Position numbers and translations under genes: made by a program. A DNA stretch of 41,216 nt, from the NCBI GenBank assembly GCA_038087875.1, contig JAXLNO010000664.1:62001-103216 (forward strand), written 5' to 3'. Positions 34,077 through 41,216 of the stretch are shown here, one piece after another; within the stretch, counting starts at the first letter, position 1, and every line of letters begins with the position of its first letter. The DNA comes from Malacoraja senta (Eukaryota). A model generated the notes under the pieces. The model did not search any database, was not told the DNA's origin, and was given only the letters and a program-made list of their open reading frames with translations.

Positions 34077-34198
34077 AAAGTAGACACAAAATGCTGGAGT
34101 AACTCAGCTGGATCGGCAGCATGTCTGGAGATACTCGTTACTCCAGCATTTTGTGTCTACCTTCAACTTAAACCAGCATCTGCAGTTCATTCCTACAC
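34077..34198. mobile_element. 122-bp fold-back Penelope-like insertion with 13-bp TSD
   Basis: TSD TGAGTCTACTCCA (34064-34076, 34199-34211). Arms gtagacacaaaatgctggagtaac / gttactccagcattttgtgtctac. Confidence 0.85.
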
Positions 34199-34592
34199 TG
34201 AGTCTACTCCACTATTCAACCATGGCTGTGATCTATCTTTCTCTCCCAACTTCATTCTCCTGCCTTATCCCCGTAATCTTTGACACCCTTACTGATCAAG
34301 AACCTGCCAATTTCCGCTTTAAAAATATCCATTGACTTGGCCTGCACAGCCATCTGTGGCAATAAATCTCACAGATTCACTTCCCTCTGTCTAAAGAAAT
34401 TCCTCCTCATTTCCTTTCTAAAGTTACGTTCTTTTTTTAATACAAATTCACCCTGCAAATCAACCTTAGGTGAATCCTGCACCAGCACTCGCAAGTCCCT
34501 TTGCACTTCCGATTTCTGACTCCTCTCGAAGGTAGACACAAAACACTGGAGTAACTCAGCGGGACAGGCAGCACCTCTGGAGAGAAGGAATG

Positions 34593-34626
34593 GGTGACGT
34601 TTCAGGTCGTGACCCTTCTTCAGACA
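34593..34626 (-). ncRNA. Putative minimal hammerhead ribozyme core
   Basis: The minus strand reads gt-CTGAAGA-A-GGGTC ac GACCT-GAAAC-GTC-acc. Confidence 0.55.
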
Positions 34627-34911
34627 TCTGAATCATACTCCCCAGTTAGAAAGCAATCTATGCCTTTATTCCTACTACCAAAGTGCATGACCTCACACTT
34701 TGTTACACTGTATTCCATGTGCCAATTCTTTGTTCACTCTACCAACTACATCTGGAGCTCAGGGAAGGCTTCCTGGACTAGTATCTGGATTAACACGTTG
34801 ACATCTGAGGAAAAGTTGGAAAGTTGAGACTTGTTTCTGCTGCAGCTTGGAGGAATGAGGGAGGACTCAACTGATGCCGAGAAGAATCTGCAGCCCTTGA
34901 CTGTGTGGATA

Positions 34912-35670
34912 TTAGCTGAATACAGAGGTGTAGTCAACGACTTTGTTGAGTGGTGTGGGCTGAATCACCTGCAGCTCAACACTGACAAGACTAAGGAGTT
35001 GGTGATGGACTTTAGGAGGAGAGGAACACCCCTGTCCCCTGTCTCCATTAATGGTGTGTAGATGTGCCGTTTACCAGGGAGTACAAATACCTTGGACTGT
35101 ACCAGGACAGTAAACTGGACTGGTCCAGGAACACTTAGGCCCTGTACAAGAAGGGACAGAGCCAGCTGTATTTTTTGAGAAGGCTCCACTCCTTCAACAT
35201 CTGTGTGGTGGCGAAGGCTCCGGATGCAAATAGGGTCAACAAACTCATCAGGAAGGCTGGCTTCGTCCTGGAGGCAGAGTTGGATTCATGGGAAGTGGTC
35301 TTAGTGGGGAGGATGCTCTTCAAATTACTGAGCATCCTGGAGAATAAAGCTCACCTCCTCCTTGACACACTGGTCAACCTGAGCTGTACCTTCAGCAATA
35401 GACTGGTTCCACCAAGATACAGGCAGAACGCCACAGGAGATCCTTCTTCCCTGTGGCTATCAAACTTTACAACTCCTCCCCTTTCTGTCGTGGGGTAGAC
35501 TGAGACTGACTCCCCCCCCACCCCCAGCCATCCCCAATCTTTGTACCCCCCCCCCCAAGCCTTTCCAATCATCACTTTAATTTCATGTTTCGTGTATTTT
35601 GTGTTTTTATGACTGTTGGCAGATCAATTTCCCTCCTGGGATAACTAAGGTTCTATCGTATCATATCGTA
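34912..35670 (+). mobile_element. Rex1/Babar-like LINE 3' fragment with (TCGTA)n tail
   Basis: EYRGVVNDFVEWCGLNHLQLNTDKTKELVMDFRR, LRRLHSFNIC and NKLIRKAG. Confidence 0.88.
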
Positions 35671-35739
35671 TAAAGGAAAAGGCCCTTCGGCCCACAATGT
35701 CGGAGCCAAGCATGATAAGATAAAGTGACTTTATCTCAT

Positions 35740-36890
35740 AAGAGTCATAGAATCACACAGCATGGAAACAGGCCCTTCAGCCTAACTTGTCCATGACGAC
35801 TAAGATGCCACATCTCCACTAGTCCCACCTGCTTGTGCTTTTCCCAGATCCTTTTAAACAGTTGTACAGGGCCTTGGTGAGACCATACAGTTGTACAGGG
35901 CCTTGGTGAGACCACACCTGGAGTATTGCGTACAGTTTTGGTCTCCAAATCTGAGGAAAGACGTTCTTGCCATAGAGGGAGTACAGAGAAGGTTCAACAG
36001 ACTGATTCCTGGGATGGCAGGACTTTCATATGAAGAAAGACTGGATAGACTCGGCTTGTACTCGCTAGAATTTAGAAGATTGAGGGGGGGATCTTATAGA
36101 AACGTACAAAATTCTTAAGGGGTTGGACAGGCTAGATGCAGGAAGATTGTTCCCGATGTTGGGGAAGTCCAGAACAAGGGGTCACAGTTTAATGATAAGG
36201 GGGAAGTCTTTTAGGACCGAGATGAGAAATTTTTTTTCACACAGGGTGGTGAATCTGTGGAATTCTCTGCCACAGAATGTAGTTGAGGCCAGTTCATTGG
36301 CTATATTTAAGAGGGAGTTCGATGTGGCCCTTGTGGCTAAAGGGATCAGGGGGTATGGAGAGAAGGCAGGTACGGGATACTGTGTTGGATGATCGAAGGG
36401 CCGCATGGCCTACTCCTGCACCTATTTTCTATGTTTCTATGTTTCTAAACCCTTCTTATCCATATATCTGCCTAAATATCTTTTAAAAGTTGTGATAGTA
36501 CCTGCACCAACTACCTCCTCTGGCAGTTCATTCCATATAGACACCACCCCTTGCGTGAAAAAAGGTGCCCCTTGGATTCCTATTAAACCTTTCTCCTCTC
36601 ACCTTCTACCTATGTCCTCTGGTTCTTGATTCGCCTACTGTGGGTGAAAGACTGAGCGTTTACCCTGTCTATTTCCCCCATGACCTTACACACTTCCAAC
36701 TTCCTACACTACAGGGAATAGAGTCCTAGCGTGCTTAACCTCTCCCCATAGTTCAGGCCCTTGAGTCCCAGCAACATCCTCATAAATCTTCTCTGCAATC
36801 TTTCCAGCTTATCAACATCTTCCTATAGCAGGATGACCAAAACTGAACACAATGCTTTAAATGAGGTCTCACCAATGTCTTGTAGAACTT
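35740..36890 (-). mobile_element. Older CR1 3' fragment (35740-35857, 36446-36890) split by a younger CR1
   Basis: The host tail resumes at taaacccttcttatccatatatctg after the insert. Confidence 0.78.
35858..36445 (+). mobile_element. Young CR1 3' fragment with duplicated 5' end
   Basis: [19 protein letters not shown]...GYGEKAGTGY with frameshifts and a (ttctatgt)n tail. Highly similar to 22897-23493. Confidence 0.93.
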
Positions 36891-37563
36891 GGATAGGACA
36901 GGTTTAGAGGGATATGGGCCAAACGCAGGCAGGTGGGGCTAGTGTATATGGGATATGTTGGTCAGTGTGGGCAAGTTAGGCCGAGAGGTCAGATTAAAAG
37001 CTATATGACCCTATGGATCTATGACAGTAACATAACCTCCAATCTTCTATACTCAATACTTTGACTGATGAAGGACTGCTTGTGATCCATGTCCCTCGGT
37101 TTCATGCATATCCATGTGCTTTACTCCTCAAATCCAGTCACCTCAAATCATTGAATAGTACAATTGTCTTTAAGCACTGAATTCTCAATTAATGCACTAT
37201 TTACGTGGCCAGACTCAAATTACTGATGCATTCAATATATATATTTTAAAATATAGTGAGACAAACTAGCAGCATTGAGCTGTTATCCTGAATCACAATG
37301 TAATGCAGATATCATGAGAGATATAAAAGCATACATTTCATAAAATGATTAATTTTACTTCGGAGTCATGTGAGTGACTACATGAAGAAGCCCGCCAGCC
37401 CGCATGCGCGTCAATACGTCTACGCATGGCGCCACGACTGGCTGGTAGGCGCGTCGCTCCTCTAGCGGTAAGTTAAAAGACCCACAGGTAAGTTCTCGAA
37501 CTTATTCTGAGGTCGTGTGTTCGATAATCCTTGATTGCAGGGTTGCTTCAAGTTCGAACAGTG

Positions 37564-38766
37564 ATGGACAAATCAAGGGTGAAGTCTAGGCGAGCCGCGG
37601 GGAGACCTGCTAGGGAGGACCGCGGGACTGCGGGTAGCGGACAGCCGTCGATTTCGTCATCCGAGTCATTGACGATAATTCCAGCGACTTCAGACTTGGT
37701 GACTCTGGAGAGCTCCGTGGCTACCCCAAGAGGTGGAAAAGCCAAGCAAAAGTCTGTGCGGCCTATTGACTCGGACGAGTCAGGCCAGGAGGGTGCACCT
37801 CCCACAATGGATAGCTCCACCATGATATACATGCTCCACCATGATATACTCCTAGGAAAGGAGTCATATCAGCGCGGGTCTCCTCAGGAGCCCGCGGCAG
37901 CGACTGGTTCAGGGCTGCATGATGTCTCCCTCTCTGAGGAGGGGAGCGTCCAGAGTCAGTTTTGGGCTGGTTCAGAGTTTGGCGGTATGTCCGTAGAGCA
38001 TACCACAATGCATGGGCTGCGCGAAGCAGACTTACCCACTATAGCATCGAAATTTGCGATACCGTCACAAATTGGGGAGCCGCTCGATGAAGAATTGGCA
38101 GCCAGCATTAACTACCTTACTTCACACCAGCTCCACGAGCAAGTAATGGTGGATACGGCCATGAGGTACCACACGCCTGTCAACTGTGCGTCCCTAAGAA
38201 TGCCGGCTGTAAACAGCTCGATTTGGAAATACATCGGTGGAGGCATCAGAAACCAGGAGGTGAAACTCCAGAGAATTCTGAGCCTGCTGGCTTCGGGCAT
38301 CACGGCCTTTGCCAGGTCGGTGGATGGAGGTCCTCTGTCGGATGGACAATAAGATGCGCTGGCGTTATTTTGCAATGCGCACTTTGAAATAAATTGCTAC
38401 TGCAAAAATGTCATCCGCCCGGCCCTGAATTCAAAGTTTGCGGGATTGTGCAGGGCCAGCAATGTGCAGCCGCCGAATTACCTGTTTGGGGAAGATCTGC
38501 CAAAGCAGGTCAAAGACCTGGACGACGAGGCAAAAGCCCTTGGGCTAATCCGAGCTCCACCAACGAGCAGAGCTTCGTCTTTCCGGCAGCAACACCCCCA
38601 CGCCTCTACCAGCAGCAAAAGATTCCCTGAAGCTAGTAGCAGCATGAAGGCCGAACGTTTTGGGCAAAAGTCTTTTTTAGGGTATGGCCGAGGACGGCCC
38701 TTGTCAAAGATGCGCAGTTCGCGCACTCCAGCAGTTCTACCCCCCAAACCTCGGGGGCGGAAATAA
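37564..38766 (+). pseudogene. DIRS gag-like ORF1 with one premature stop (38350-38352)
   Basis: ORFs 37531-38352 and 38446-38766 are in the same frame: PVNCASLRMPAVNSSIW...GQ*DALALFCNAHFEIN...IRPALN...LFGEDL. Confidence 0.8.
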
Positions 38767-38789
38767 ACACCGCGAATCCACCGGTAACC

Positions 38790-39939
38790 ATGGAGGTAGG
38801 TGGGTCTGGTTCTTTCTGGAACATGAGGTGTGTGGGTCAAACACAAGTTGGGGGGAGATTACGCTGGTTTTGAATGAATGGCGTTCGATAACATCAGATT
38901 CGTTTATACTGCACAGTATACAAGGGTTCCAAATCAAATTCCTTTCTGATTCGTTTCCACCCTCACAGCAGACACCAAACAATTCATTCACAACAAGAGG
39001 GTTTGGATGTACAAGCTGAAATTCAGTCGTTATATACAAAAGGGGTAATTGAGAAGTCGAGTCATGAACCTCACCAATTTGTGTCCAATATTTTTACTAG
39101 ACCAAAGAAGGATGGTGGACGCCGAATCATCCTTGACTTGACTCGACTTAACTCCTTTGTGCAGTATAAACATTATAAAATGGTAACCCTTTTCATCTAT
39201 TTCAGCCACCAGACTCTTGTTTGAGAGATTGGTGTTTCTCATCCATCCAATTAAATCTAAATTGATACCATCCAGAGTTATTGATTATTTGGGATTTACC
39301 ATTAACTCTATTCACATCAGTGACTCTGCCTTTGGGCAAGGGGTTGCAATTAATAAAAGCTTGTAATTATCTCATTGTAAAACAGCAACCTTCTATTAGA
39401 CAAGTAGCCAGTATAATTGGCAAATTAGTGGCTGCTTTTCCAGCTGTAAAGTTTGGGCCTTTGCATTATCAAAATTTACAACGTGCAAAGGAGCAGGCAC
39501 TCAAATTACGTGCAGGTCACTTCAATAGACCTATGCATTTACCAGCTGAAGCCATTTCTGAGTTACAATGGTGGACATCCAATATTCGGCATTGCTCCAG
39601 TAATATTTTGGTCAACAGTCCTTCAGTGATATTACAAACTGATGTTAGTGCTCTATGATGGGGAGCCACTGATACCATCTCTAGCTGTGGTGGCAGATGG
39701 AATACGTATGAGTCATCAATTCTTCAAAGGTATGGCATTAACTACTTAGAGTTGCTGGGAGCACTCTATGGGTTAAAGGCTTATTGCGGGAATATGCATC
39801 ATCTGCATGTTCAGCTTCAAATTGACAACACAACAGCGGTGGCATACATTAATCACATGGGTGGAATCAAATCTGTATCCTGTGATAAATTGGCTAACCT
39901 TATTTGGCACTGGTGCATTACAAGAAATATTTGGATTTC
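38790..39939 (+). pseudogene. DIRS RT/RNase H ORF, frameshifted with an internal deletion
   Basis: EWRSITSD..IL, FVSNIFTRPKKDGGRRIILDL, QTDVS, INYLELL and IDNTTAVAYINHMGG. The YxDD region is missing near 39190. Confidence 0.85.
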
Positions 39940-41216
39940 TTTTTTTTTTTTGAAAATATTTTTTATTGGAGAAAAGTACACAACCTATTAATATCATTGC
40001 AGTCTTACATTTTTAAATTGATAATATTATCAATTATTATTACATTGTCTCCAATACCTTTTGCCTTTTTTTTTTAAACTAGATAGAACTAACAAGATAG
40101 ATGAAGTAAAGAAAGAAAAGAATGAGAAGAAAAAGAGAAAAGAGAAAATAAAAAAAAGCAATAAACAAAAAAACAAAAAAAAACAAAAACAAAAAAAAAA
40201 AAGATGGTTAAAGAAGAATGGAAAAATTTATTAAAGTAAAAAACTTCATTCAAGATATATTCGTACATTTCAGAGTATAGCATTTCATCCATTCTTTAGC
40301 CCGAGCATTAGTCAGGTTCCTGTGCTGAACCATTCTGACCCTTTAAATAATCAATAAAGGGAGACCATGTTCCAACGAATAATTCCTGTTTGTCCAACAG
40401 GGAAAATCTGATTCTTTCCACGTTTAAGGTCTCCGTCATTTCTATAATCCACATTTTGATTGTGTGGGCCGTAGGGCCTTTCCAAAATTTTAGAATTAAT
40501 TTTTTTCCTGTTATTATACTATAATCAATAAAGTTTCTTTGTGTTGTTGTAAATGTTTGATTTAATTCTGATGTTCCGAGTATTATAAATTTTGGATCCG
40601 AGTCCACTTGTGTGCTGGTCACTTTAGATATTATACTAAAAATATTTACCCAGAATTTTTTAATTTTTATACAGTTTGCAAACATATGAGATAAGGTAGC
40701 TTCTAAATGTTGACATTTATCACATATAGGTGAGATATGTTGAAAGATTTTATGTAATTTTGTTTTTGAATAATGTAACCTATGTATTACTTTAAATTGT
40801 ATTAAAGAATGTCTGGCATTTAATGAACATTGATGTATATGTTGTAAACTTTCTTCCCAAGTATCTTTCGTTATTATTTGATTTAATTCTTTTTCCCATG
40901 TTTGTCTGTGTAAGTCCGTCGATGGAATGTCACTGTCTAATAAGATATTATATATATAAGATATTAATTTTTCTGTATTAGGATGTTTATTCCAACATTT
41001 GTCAAGAATTTCTGAATTTCTAATTCGAAAATTTTGAGTATTCGATTTTACATAATCTCTGAGTTGAAGATATCTGAAATAATCATTTCCTCGAAGTCCA
41101 TAAGTCTGTTGCAACTCCTGAAATGTCAGAAAAGTGCCTTCCTTGTTTAATTTAGATGTAGCAAATAATATCGAACCGATATCAAAAGGCAAACAATCTT
41201 CCTTTTCCATTTTTAA
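39940..41216 (-). mobile_element. L1-clade LINE 3' end (ORF2 C-terminus 40308->41216, 3' UTR, poly-A)
   Basis: An open frame of at least 300 aa with QFKVIHRLH and the CCHC knuckle CDKC-x8-H-x4-C. AATAAA and an A12 tail on the minus strand. Runs off the window edge. Confidence 0.93.

Larger units (their letters stand above)
34022..34745 (-). mobile_element. CR1 fragments carrying two Penelope-like insertions (34077-34198, 34528-34626)
   Basis: CR1 tail at 34022, and VNL/CEVMHFG motifs on the minus strand. Confidence 0.75.
37356..39939 (+). mobile_element. DIRS-type retrotransposon, decayed and interrupted by L1
   Basis: CpG-rich leader, a gag-like ORF with LFGEDL, and RT/RNase H motifs typical of DIRS1. 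The tyrosine recombinase is not within the window. Confidence 0.88.

Overview
This is eukaryotic DNA, most likely from a cartilaginous fish (skate/ray), judged from HE1-like V-SINEs and HER1/CR1-like LINE tails. It is intronic or intergenic and dominated by nested transposable elements. No host protein-coding exon, rRNA, tRNA gene or CRISPR array could be supported. Retroelements include many CR1 fragments, several Rex1/Babar fragments, a young 2.2-kb L2, an RTE fragment, an invertebrate-like CR1-group fragment, the 3' end of an L1, a decayed DIRS element and about eight V-SINEs. DNA elements include a TIR MITE, two hAT-like non-autonomous elements (one with a 7-bp TSD) and a complete non-autonomous Helitron. 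The most notable feature is roughly 20 short Penelope-like terminal repeats. They often occur as inverted pairs, and many carry a minimal hammerhead-ribozyme core (CTGAnGA-stem II-GAAACGTC). Family names come from motif recognition by eye, not database searches. Boundaries are approximate unless fixed by a TSD.
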